Source: Squalus acanthias
Taxonomy: Eukaryota
Assembly: GCA_030390025.1 (NCBI GenBank)
Contig: JASTWF010000036.1
Span: 3,226,001-3,290,000, forward strand
DNA length: 64,000 nucleotides
Reading direction: 5' to 3'
Of the stretch, positions 13,258-24,988 are shown in pieces; position 1 is the first letter of the stretch; every line of letters begins with the position of its first letter. A program made the position numbers and the translations under genes. The notes beneath the pieces are model-generated. The model worked only from the letters and a program-made list of their open reading frames with translations. It ran no database searches and had not been told where the DNA came from.

Positions 13258-14323
13258 TTATTAGACATGCTACACTAGGGGTGTGGGCACTGTGGCCCAA
13301 AGATAAAAATGTTTCTGTTAAAAAGCGCCTCCATTGCATTGTTGCCATTTTACTACTAGCAATTGACAGCTCTGCCATTGATTGGCACTGAGAAACCGGC
13401 ATTAGACCCCGCCCCCCCATATTGGTATAGTAAGTATGCCCTCTTCACTCGGGAGTACTTTAAGTTGCTCGCAGTAAAGACGGAAATGATGGGCATTTCT
13501 GGCGGGTATGTCATCCCACCTCTGTCAATGATGTCACGTTGAGAGGGGGCAGGAGCAAGCAGCACTTGCCCCCTCCTGTCAGAATCTTTGAATGTGGGCA
13601 GAAGGGGGCAGACACCCAGTGGAACTGGACCCTGCCCCAAATTCCTGCCTCTCGATTGAAGTCTTTGGTTCTGTTTTCCCAGGCCCAGGAATTTCAGGGC
13701 CAAAATGGTTATATATTTTTTTCCTGTTACCTATTCTCACAATTGCTCCATGCTATACACCATCTGCAGGTGGACAGCAGACAGGCAACCTGCTAATGGT
13801 GCAAGAGGTGCCACGGGTGGCTCACCATCCTATCGGAAAGCGCCTGGTCCTTTGGCAGCTCCCTGTGGTGGTATGGCTGGGACTGGAAGCTCAGTATGTG
13901 GGGAATTACGGGCTCATATCTCACTGCTTTGTGCCACAACACTGCCCATGTGGGGTCGCCAACGCTGATTGGACGTATTCCTGGATGTTTCATCACACGA
14001 CCGCCCACCTCCATCCGCCCGCCCGGTCAAACAGTCTGTTTTCCTCCCCATCTCCAATATTTCTATAACCAATAAATGAAAGGGTTTTAAGAAAATGCGG
14101 GGAAAAAAACACAATTTCTTTTGAACGCGCCAATGATTTTTCCCTCGGGGTTGCTCCCAGCAGTGTCCTGGAGATTAATCTTTCATTCCTGGAGACTCCG
14201 GGGCGAGCCTGGAGGGTTTGGGCGGTAAATAATTTGCTTGAAATTGTTACAAAAATGCCACAGCCTCGTGTCCCCAGTGATACCGAACGACTTTGCATAC
14301 AGACAACACAGATAGAGACCTAC

Positions 14324-14517
14324 CTCCAAACCCATCTTGATTGATGTCCCCAATGTTAGCCACAGCCAGTCCAAACAAGGAGTCTTTGGTCCCATTCAGC
14401 CGGACACTCCTCACTCTATCCCACTTGCCGGCCTGGTTAATGTAGACATAGACGGCACCACCAATTTCTTCCTTTCGTTCAAAAAAGTAAGGAGCACCAA
14501 CTACGAGGTCCATCCAC
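14324..14517 (-). CDS. ITGA7: Integrin alpha-7 coding exon (194 bp), FG-GAP repeat with Ca-binding loop
   Basis: tttgcag|G TGG...GGA G|gtaggt. Translates [71 protein letters not shown] is ITGA7-like. Confidence 0.95.
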
Positions 14518-15938
14518 CTGCAAAACCAAGTCAACATGATGTAGTCATGTCGTGGAACGTCTGTGCAAGTCTGAAAATCCAATGCAGCAACAGCCACTGA
14601 GGCACGCTGAGTGCATGTCATCATATTAAGGTCTTGATTTGTTGTTAATTGTTAAAGAATTACATAGAAATTACAATGCTGAACCAGTCCATGTTGGTGT
14701 TTGTCCTCCACTCGATCAGTAGTCCTAATCCCATGTACCCGTCCTGTTCACATATCCCTTGATTCCTCTTTTTCTTCAGCCACCTCTCTAACCTACTCTT
14801 AAATGTCGACCTGGTCTCCGCTTCAATCACTACCTCTGGTCGTGAATTCCACAGCTTCACAACCCTCTGTGTAAAAAAGTTTCTCCTGCTCTCTGTCCCA
14901 ACTCTCTTACATTTAATCTTCTGTGTCCCCTCGTTCTAGACCCCTCAATCACTGGAAACAGTCTGTTTCTCTCTACTTTGTCCCATCATTTCATCATTTT
15001 AAACATCTCTATCAAAACACCCCTGAATCGTCTCTGTTCTAATGAAAACAACCCCCAATTTTTCAAGTCTTTCTTTATACTGTGGTTCCTCCTACCAGGC
15101 AGCAGTTGAATGTGTGAGGCATGAAATTGCTTTTCAAGGATTTTTTGCTCCCACCAGGGGCATTTTTTTTTGAATAGTTAAAAAAAAATGCTGTTCTTCT
15201 TTGCGTGATACATAACATTCATCATGCCAAGAGAATGGGCAACCAGCCATTCTGAGGCACATGAGATTGCACTCATTGGGGTGGAAATTGCTTTCGGCAC
15301 CTCTTCGGGCTTGAAATGGCCGCCACGCACAGCGCACAGACCGCAATCAGGAGGCCCAAGGCCGGCTCGAAATTGGGCCTCATTAACTTAACATCATTTG
15401 GGCGCGCTGCCATGGCCTGTCACTCCTCCACAGGCAGCTCGGCCATTTTGAAAGATGAATTTCAGGCCGATTGCCGCATTGGCAGCGGCTTGAAGGTAAG
15501 TCTTGGGATAAGGGGTGGAACGGCAACTAGGTGTAGCAGTATGTAAATGAGGGGCCTAACAGCTAGTCCCTAAAATTGGCGTTTGATCAACCCATTTTAA
15601 GCCTGTAAAATGGGCGCAACGAGGTCCAAAACTACCTAATTTACTCGACTCTCTACTAGAGCCACCCCCCCCCCACCACCTCCCCAGCCACACACAACTC
15701 CACTCCTCACAATCCAACTGAAATCAAAAAATGGATTGATTGTCTGTCCTTGTTACATTAAACTAATTTTCTTTCTTCTGCCTCCTTTGATCTCCCAAGG
15801 TGAATCACCAAACCGCGCCCCCCCCCACCCCCCCCAGTCAAAAGGTCAAGCGGGTGACCTGCTCCTAATTATCCAACGATGCCAGTCTGAAAGCAACCAC
15901 CACGACGTGCACAACCTCAGCTCGCTCTCTGATACTCT

Positions 15939-16730
15939 GGGGGCGATTTTGTCAATGGAGGCGCGTTGGAGGCGGGACTCCCACTTGTCGGGTTTCAGTC
16001 CCGCCTCCATCGAGTTGTGGCCAACCCACGCTATTTTCCCTTGATTGACCTTGTTAAGCCCACCCAGTGGGCTTAGCAGGCCAGTTAAGGGAAAGCCGGT
16101 TGCAGAGCACGTCAACGTATGACGTGTCATCTGTCAAAAAATGTTGACAGATGAATTGACATCGTTTGACAGCTCTGTGAAGCTGTTAAACAGTGACATT
16201 CTCTGCAGCTTAATGAGGTCTTGCATACAAGACCTCATCAACCTTCTTTCTTTGACAGAAATTAGATGTTTGTTGCATATGAGAATGCAACGGCCATCTC
16301 TCATCTGCAACACGGAGGTCCGAGACTCTCCGTATAGAAACCGACTGAAGCCTGCAGGGAGAAACAAAGGGAAGTACACTTTTAAAAACACTTGGGACTT
16401 GCCTCAGATACTCACCTCTCCACTCTTACACCCATCACTTACCTTCACACCTCACTCTTGCACCGACCCCCGCAGACCCCCTACTCGCCTCGCTGAGCTG
16501 GCGGGTTTTGGGGCCGTCGGGAAGCCCGCACTTGTGAGGGCAAAAAGGGGATAATCCTATTTTCTGCCTGTTAACTACCTGTTAACAGGCAGTTAATAGG
16601 CTTTAATCCCTTCCCGCCTCCAAGGAGACGGGACCCGGCGCGGGACGGCTACCCGCCTCCTGGGAAGATGCCATTTTCCCGGCAGTCCTGCCTCCATACC
16701 CGCCTCCTCGGGGCTGAGAAAATCGCCCCC
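15939..16730. mobile_element. MITE
   Basis: TIR GGGGGCGATTTT / AAAATCGCCCCC; TSD TCT; internal hairpin CATCTGTCAA..TTGACAGATG. Confidence 0.85.
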
Positions 16731-17004
16731 TCTGTCTCAATGGGAGGGAAGAGTGGCAGACAGCATGCTGACTGGGAGAATCAGAGAGGAAAGCGGGAGA
16801 CTGTGTGCTGACTGGGAATCAGAGAGGGGAGAACTGTCAGAGTAGGAGCAATGTTCCCTTCCGTTTTTTTTTGCCGCCGTGTGGCCCATTCAAAATACCG
16901 CGGTTTTTGCACTGAAAAGCCGGCTGCACGGGACCACTGGAGCGCCAGGGGACATAGTGTAGGAGGCCCTCTCTCAGCATCTCATCAAGGTGGCAGGATG
17001 TCGA

Positions 17005-17601
17005 TATTTTTTTTTTATTCGTTTATGGGATCTGGGCGTCAATGGCAAGGCCAGCATTTATTGCCCATCCCTAATTGCCCTTGAGAAGGTGGTGGTGATC
17101 CGCCTTCTTGAACTGCTGCAGTCCGTGTGGTGAAGGTGCTCCCACAGTGCTGTTAGGGAGGGAGTTCCAGGATTTTGACCCAGCGACGATGAAGGATCGG
17201 CGATATATTTCTAAGTCAGGATGGTGTGTGACTGGGAGGGGAACTTGGAGGTGGTGGTGTTCCCGTGCGCCTGCTGCCCTTGTCCTTCTAGGTGGAAGAG
17301 GTCACGGGTTTGGGAGGTGCTGCCGAAGAAGCCTTGTTGAGTTGCTGCAGTGCATCTTGTAGATGGTACACACTGCAGCCATGGTACGCCGGTGGTGGAG
17401 GGAGTGAATGTTTAAGGTGGTGGATGGGGTGCCAATCAAACGGGCTGCTTTGTCCTGGATGGTGTCGAGCTTCTTGAGTGTTGTTGGAGCTGCACTCATC
17501 CAGGCAAGTGGAGAGTATTCCATCACACTCCTGACTTGTGCCTTGTAGATGGTGGAAAGGCTTTGGGGAGTCAGGAGGTGAGACACTCGCCGCAGAATAC
17601 C
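17005..17601 (-). mobile_element. CR1-Zenon-like LINE 3' fragment
   Basis: Same family as 31862-32773. Confidence 0.85.
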
Positions 17602-18523
17602 TAGGATGTCGGTATGTGGAGGAGCGCTCTGCACACCCTACCACTTTGTGGCATATTGGCAATGGGTCTTCAATCCATCACAATCTTACATTGACTGAAC
17701 ATAAGCGTACGGTGGTGTAATGGATATGCTACTGGACTAATGATCCTGAGATTGTCCGCACCCGGTCTGGCCTATATGTGGCTCCAGTCCCACACCACTT
17801 CACTCTTAAAAAAAAAGACTTCCATTTATATGGCGCCTTTTATGACCTCAGGACATCCCAAAGCGCTTAACAGCCAATGAAGCACTTTTTGAGGTGTCGT
17901 CACTGTTGTAATGTAGGAAACGCGGCAGACAATTTTGCGCACAAATTACTCTCGAGAACGCGGGAGTGAAAATTACAGCAGGTGGGAATGCAGCGGTTAG
18001 TGTCCGACAATGCTCCTGCTAAGCTGCGCAGCCATGCAGTAATGGGACAGGTCCCGCGCAGGCCACTCACTGGCTTTTCCACTGTAAGTCCCGCGCATGC
18101 GCAGAAATTTAAAGGGACCGCGCAGTGAAAGAAACAGGCCGCGCAGAACACAGCGCAGTTTACAGGGAACATGGGTGTCCGGCCGCCATTTTAACCCTGC
18201 CTGGGCCGGCGCCGTTCCCACCAAGCGGGTGGGGTTACAATCGGGGCTAAAGACATTGGGGATGTTCAAAATGCAATTGGATACTAGACTTGACGAGTCA
18301 GAATACTGGACGGATGAGCTGTCTGACCTTCTGTCATCCTAGACCGTTCATATATTTGATCTGACTGTGGTAGGATCATCTGACACCCCATTTATAATAA
18401 CAGCCCACAGCACAATATATTGCCAACTCAATCCAAGCGCCCCCCCTGCCCCAGGGTTTATAGCGCTGTCCCAATTCATTTCATACTGGATTTAACTCCA
18501 AGGTCCTAAACAAACAACAACTT

Positions 18524-19669
18524 TGTGGCAACAACGGCCCTTGACCGTGTCCGTTCTATCTCCCGCACTTCTGCTCTCACCCCTTGCCCTCCCTCCCGGA
18601 ACCACGATAGGGTTCCCCTTGTCCTCACCTTTCATCCCACCAGCCTCCACATTCAACGGATCATCCTCCGCCATTTCCGCCACCTCCAGCGTGATCCCAC
18701 CACCAAACACATCTTCCCCTCACCTCCCCTTTCAGCATTCCGAAGGAACCGCTCCCTCCACGACACCCTGGTCCACTCCTCTATCACCCCCAACACCCCT
18801 TCCCCTTCGCCTGGCACCTTCCCGTGCAAGCGCAGGAGATGCAACACATGCCCTTATACCTCCCCCCTTCCCACTGTCCAGGGCCCCAAACACCCCTTCC
18901 AGGTGAAACAGAGATTTACTTGTACTTCTTGCAATCTAGTATACTGTATTCGCTGCTCACGATGTGGTCTCCTCTACATTGGGGAGACCAAACGCAGATT
19001 GGGTGACCTGCTTTGCGGAATACCTCCGTTCAGTCCGTAAGGGGGACCCCGAGCTTCCGGTCGCCGATCACTTTAATTCTCCGCTCCACTCCCACTCTGA
19101 CCTCACCGTCCTCGGCCTCTTGCATTGTTCCACGGAAGCTCAGCGTCAGCTCGAGGAACAGCACCTCACCTTCCGATTAGGCACTTTACAGCCTTCTGGA
19201 CTTAACATAGAGTTCAACAATTTCAGACCATAACCTCGGCCCCTACCATATATATATTTTTTATCCACACTCTTTGTCTGTGTCTTTTTTTCCTCTCTCC
19301 CACATGGCAGCTGTCTTTCATTCTGCCAGCGCAATTCACACTTCATCTCGAGCCATCCTTTGTTTCGTAACCTGTCCCATTACCATCTCCTTTTGCCTTG
19401 AATATCTCTTAATGTCTCTTAGTCTCTCCTGCCTTCCATCCTATCACAGACCTTCCCTTTTGTTCATTCCTCCCCTCCCCGCTTTCCCTGCCCCTACACT
19501 TGCTTAAAAACCTGTTCCATTTCCTGCTTTCTTCCAGTTCTGACGAAAGGTCATCGACCTGAAACGTTAACTCTGTTTCTCTCTCACAGATGCTGCCTGA
19601 CCTGCTGAGTATCTCCAGCATTTTCTGTTTTTATTTCAGATTTCCAGCATCCGCAGTATTTTCTTTTTG
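18524..19669 (+). mobile_element. 5'-truncated Penelope-like element (C-terminal ORF part with frameshift, plus 3' UTR/pLTR)
   Basis: ORFs 18525-19040 and 18964-19233 match the C-terminus of the 58493-61243 protein. Candidate TSD AACTT at 18519-18523 and 19670-19674. Confidence 0.92.
19536..19572 (+). ncRNA. Minimal hammerhead ribozyme motif in a truncated PLE
   Basis: AGTT CTGACGA A AGGTC atc GACCT GAAA CG TT AACT. Confidence 0.8.
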
Positions 19670-20051
19670 AACTTGTATTTATATAGCGTCTTTAACAGAG
19701 CAAAACATCCCAAGGCACTTCACAGGAGCATTAGCAATAAAAAACAATTGACACTGAGCCACAGCAGGAGATATCAGGACAGATGACCAAAAGCTTGGTC
19801 AAAGAGGTAGGTTTTGAGGAGCATCTTAAAGGGAGAAAGAGAGGCGGAGAGGCAGAGAGGTTGAGGGAAGGAATTCCAGAGCTTAGGGCCTGGGCAGCTG
19901 AACGCACGGCCACCAATGGTGGGGTAATGAAAATCGGGGATGTGCAAGCGGGCAGAATTGGAGGAGCGCCGAGATCTCGGAGGCTTGCAAGGCTAAAGCG
20001 TCACTTAATGCACCATCGAGTGAGAGAACGATTTAACGGATTTCATCTTAC

Positions 20052-20259
20052 CCGTCGCTGTTGAGGTCAACTGTGGCAACAGCATAGCCGTAGGATGACC
20101 CCAGCTCCTCCCCCCACAGGATGTATTCCGGTGCCAGTCTGTTGACGCCTTTTTTCGTCAGGATCACCACCGCGCCCGTGTGGTTGGCTCTCGGCGCTCC
20201 AGAGACTACACTCAGCTCGTTCTGCCGAGTGAGCCCTTTACCTGAATCTACAGAGAATC
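20052..20259 (-). CDS. ITGA7: Integrin alpha-7 coding exon (208 bp), FG-GAP repeat
   Basis: ctttcag|GA TTC...GAC GG|gtaaga. Translates FSVDSGKGLTRQNELSVVSGAPRANHTGAVVILTKKGVNRLAPEYILWGEELGSSYGYAVATVDLNSDG. Not present in the ORF track; found by manual translation. Confidence 0.95.
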
Positions 20260-20888
20260 CTGAAAGGAGTACAGGCGGTTAAAAAAAAACGCTGGTTTAT
20301 GGAGCTGGTGGCACAGCTAGCGTGCAAGGAATTTTAGAAACAGAGGACATCATGCACTAGGGGGGGGAAGAGTAAATTTTTTAATAACCATTGGTTAGGC
20401 ATCCCTCAGGACTTGTGTGTAAACCAAGTTACATTGAATGGTGCAGAACCTATCGGGCATGTAATCGGTTACCTGAGTCAGCACATTGGGGGATGTAAGC
20501 ATGTGTTAGTAACACAGATATCAGAGTACAACAGGACATTGGGCTAAAACATTGAGTTTAAAGCAGGTCGTGGCTGTTGTACCCAATCTCCAAAGTTTGC
20601 AGTAAAGGAGGTTGTTTTTGTTTTGAATTAGAGGTCGTGTTGCTGTCTTGGTCGTTTTCGGGTTGGCTTGGTTCCTACGGCAACCAGGAACAGTCTTCGC
20701 CCTTCACACCCGCCCCCCCCACCCCCGCACCGCGCCTCTGCCAGAAAAGAAATCTGCATCAGTGACTCTGTGCGTCAGTGCTGGGGATAGTTTGTGCTTC
20801 GCCGGGTCTTAGATCTGGTGGAACACCTGTGTTTACAATCCAGGTTTCAGATTTCTTCAAATAAATTTGTTTTAAACAAATTCTGATT

Positions 20889-21356
20889 TAAAGAAAGACT
20901 TGCATTTCTATAGCGCCTTTCATGACCACCGGACGTCTCAAAGCGCTTTACAGCCAATGAAGTACTTTTGAAGTGAGTCACTGTTGTAATGTGGGAAACG
21001 CGGCAGCCAATTTGCGCACAGCAAGCTCCCACAAACAGCAATGTGATAATGATCAGATCATCTGTTTTTGTTATGTTGGTTGAGGGATAAATATTGGCCA
21101 GCACACTGGGGATAGCTCCCCTGCTCTTCTTCAAAATAGTGCCATAGGATCATTTACATCCACCTGAGAGAGCAGACGGGGCCTGGCTTTAACGTCTCAT
21201 CCGAAAGACGGCACCTCCGACAGTGCAGCACTCCCTCAGCACTGCACTGGAGTGTCAGTCTAGCTTGATATGCTCAAATCCCTGGAGTGGGACTTGAACC
21301 CACAACCTTCTGACTCCGAGGCAAGAGTGCTACCCACTGAGCCACAGCTGACACTG
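20889..21356 (-). mobile_element. Full-length tRNA-derived DeuSINE (SacSINE1-like)
   Basis: A box TGGCTCAGTGG, B box GGTTCAAGTCC, Deu-domain-like CGGATGAGACGTTAAA..GATCCTATGGCACT..GAAGAGCAGGGG, L2-type tail GGCGCTATAGAAATGCAAGTCTTTC. Confidence 0.85.
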
Positions 21357-21799
21357 GGTAAAAAGTAACAATCAAACAATTGGACATATGACGCCAGGCC
21401 CCAATTACATCGTTGTGTCTTCCACTGCATTCAAACATCCGAACGCATCCTGTATGTTTACCAATGTGACAATACACTTTTAACAGTAGCCCTGTATTCA
21501 AAGATAGGAAATTCAGTCAGCTACAAGCTGCAGTATAACATGGTCAGCAGCCCATCCTTGATCACAATGAGGCACTTTCGGGACAAGGAGACCAACAGCG
21601 GACAATGCTGTAGTTTGCAGTAGAGTAGTAATCTGTCCTTGAGTTGGATAGTGTGTAAAACCCAATTGTTTCATGAGCAAGAAGGTGTGCATTATTAGCC
21701 AAAAGCACTTCATAAAATATAAAACAAAATAGAAGGCTAGTGGGTAAGGTCTGTGTAGTTAGTCCTTGTGTAGTATTGAGCCAATCCCTCCTAGCCTGT

Positions 21800-24700
21800 T
21801 GGACTGTGTCTGATTTTAAATCCCCTCTCCCTGTACCTACCCCGCTGGACTGTGTCTGTTTTAAATCCCCTCTCCTGTACCTACCCCGCTGGACTGTGTC
21901 TGATTTTAAATCCTCTCTCTCTGTACCTACCCCGCTGGACTGTGTCTGATTTTAAATCCTCTCTCTCTGTACCTACCCTGCTGGACTGTGTGATTATAAA
22001 TCCTCTCTCTCTGTACCTACCCTGCTGGACTGTGTCTGATTTTAAATCCTCTCTCTGTACCTACCCCGCTGGACTGTGTCTGATTTTAAATCCCCTCTCT
22101 GTACCTACCCTGCTGGACTGTGTCTGATTTTAAATCCTCTCTCTGTACCTACCCTGCTGGACTGTGTCTGATTTTAAATCCTCTCTCTGTACCGACCCTG
22201 CTGGACTGTGTCTGATTTTAAATCCTCTCTCTCTGTACCGACCCTGCTGGACTGTGTCTGATTTTAAATCCCCTCTCCCTGTACCTACCCTGCTGGACTG
22301 TGTCTGATTTTAAATCCTCTCTCTGTACCGACCCTGCTGGACTGTGTCTGATTTTAAATCCTCTCTCTCTGTACCTACCCCGCTGGACTGTGTCTGATTT
22401 TAAATCCTCTCTCTCTGTACCTACCCTGCTGGACTGTGTGATTATAAATCCCCTCTCTCCGTACCTACCCTGCTGGACTGTGTGATTATAAATCCTCTCT
22501 CTGTACCTACCCTGCTGGACTGTGTCTGATTTTAAATCCCCTCTCCCTGTACCTACCCTGCTGGACTGTGTCTGATTATAAATCCTCTCCCTGTACCTAC
22601 CCCGCTGGACTGTGTCTGATTATAAATCCTCTCCCTGTACCTACCCCGCTGGACTGTGTCTGATTTTAAATCCCCTCTCCCTGTACCTACCCTGCTGGAC
22701 TGTGTCTGGTTTTAAATCCCCTCTCCCTGTACCTACCCTGCTGGACTGTGTCTGATTATAAATCCCCTCTCCCTGTACCTACCCCGCTGGACTGTGTCTG
22801 ATTTTAAATCCCCTCTCCCTGTACCTACCCTGCTGGACTGTGTCTGATTTTAAATCCCCTCTCCCTGTACCTACCCTGCTGGACTGTGTCTGATTTTAAA
22901 TCCCCTCTCCCTGTACCTACCCCGCTGGACTGTGTCTGATTTTAAATCCTCTCTCTCTGTACCTACCCCGCTGGACTGTGTCTGATTTTAAATCCCCTCT
23001 CTCTGTACCTACCCCGCTGGACTGTGTCTGATTTTAAATCCTCTCTCTCTGTACCTACCCCGCTGGACTGTGTCTGATTTTAAATCCTCTCTCTGTACCT
23101 AACCCGCTGGACTGTGTCTGATTTTAAATCCTCTCTCTGTACCTACCCCGCTGGACTGTGTCTGATTTTAAATCCTCTCTCTGTACCTACCCTGCTGGAC
23201 TGTGTCTGATTTTAAATCCTCTCTCTCTGTACCTACCCCGCTGGACTGTGTCTGATTTTAAATCCTCTCTCTCTGTACCTACCCCGCTGGACTGTGTCTG
23301 ATTTTAAATCCTCTCTCCCTGTACCTACCCTGCTGGACTGTGTCTGATTTTAAATCCCCTCTCCCTGTACCTACCCCGCTGGACTGTGTCTGATTTTAAA
23401 TCCCCTCTCCCTGTACCTACCCTGCTGGACTGTGTCTGATTTTAAATCCCCTCTCCCTGTACCTACCCTGCTGGACTGTGTCTGATTTTAAATCCCCTCT
23501 CCCTGTACCTACCCCGCTGGACTGTGTCTGATTTTAAATCCTCTCTCTCTGTACCTACCCCGCTGGACTGTGTCTGATTTTAAATCCCCTCTCTCTGTAC
23601 CTACCCCGCTGGACTGTGTCTGATTTTAAATCCTCTCTCTCTGTACCTACCCCGCTGGACTGTGTCTGATTTTAAATCCTCTCTCTGTACCTAACCCGCT
23701 GGACTGTGTCTGATTTTAAATCCTCTCTCTGTACCTACCCCGCTGGACTGTGTCTGATTTTAAATCCTCTCTCTGTACCTACCCTGCTGGACTGTGTCTG
23801 ATTTTAAATCCTCTCTCTCTGTACCTACCCCGCTGGACTGTGTCTGATTTTAAATCCTCTCTCTCTGTACCTACCCCGCTGGACTGTGTCTGATTTTAAA
23901 TCCTCTCTCCCTGTACCTACCCTGCTGGACTGTGTCTGATTTTAAATCCCCTCTCCCTGTACCTACCCCGCTGGACTGTGTCTGATTTTAAATCCTCTCT
24001 CTCTGTACCTACCCTGCTGGACTGTGTCTGATTTTAAATCCTCTCTCTCTGTACCTACCCTGCTGGACTGTGTCTGATTTTAAATCCTCTCTCTGTACCT
24101 ACCCTGCTGGACTGTGTCTGATTTTAAATCCTCTCTCCCTGTACCTACCCTGCTGGACTGTGTCTGATTTTAAATCCCCTCTCTCTGTACCTACCCTGCT
24201 GGACTGTGTCTGATTTTAAATCCTCTCCCTATACCTACCCTGCTGGACTGTGTCTGATTTTAAATCCCCTCTCCCTGTACCTACCCTGCTGGACTGTGTC
24301 TGATTTTAAATCCCCTCTCTCTGTACCTACCCTGCTGGACTGTGTGATTATAAATCCTCTCTCCCTGTACCTACCCTGCTGGACTGTGTGATTATAAATC
24401 CTCTCTCCCTGTACCTACCCTGCTGGACTGTGTGATTATAAATCCCCTCTCTCTGTACCTACCCCGCTGGACTGTGTCTGATTTTAAATCCCCTCTCCCT
24501 GTACCTACCCTGCTGGACTGTGTCTGATTTTAAATCCCCTCTCCCTGTACCGACCCCGCTGGACTGTGTCTGATTTTAAATCCCCTCTCTCTGTACCTAC
24601 CCCACTGGACTGTGTCTGATTTTAAATCCCCTCTCTCTGTACCTACCCTGCTGGACTGTGTCTGATTTTAAATCCCCTCTCTCTGTACCTACCCTGCTGG

Positions 24701-24988
24701 ACTGTGTCTGATTTTAAATCCCCTCTCTCTGTACCTACCCTGCTGGACTGTGTCTGATTTTAAATCCTCTCTCTGTACCGACCCTGCTGGACTGTGTCTG
24801 ATTTTAAATCCTCTCTCCCTGTACCTACCCCGCTGGACTGTGTCTGATTTTAAATCCTCTCTCTCTGTACCTACCCTGCTGGACTGTGTCTGATTTTAAA
24901 TCCTCTCTCTGTACCTACCCCGCTGGACTGTGTCTGATTTTAAATCCTCTCTCCCTGTACCGACCCTGCTGGACTGTGTCTGATTTTA
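21800..24988. repeat. Minisatellite, 44-46-bp unit, about 70 copies
   Basis: Unit ctggactgtgtctgattttaaatcc(c/t)ctct(c/t)ctgtacctaccc(c/t)g repeated head to tail with no spacers. Confidence 0.98.

Noticed and set aside
21280..21356. tRNA gene
   Set aside because: The A and B boxes continue directly into the DeuSINE body, so this is a SINE head.
21800..24988. CRISPR-like array, or coding ORFs within the repeat
   Set aside because: Units are contiguous with no unique spacers, the context is eukaryotic, and the ORFs are translations of the repeat.
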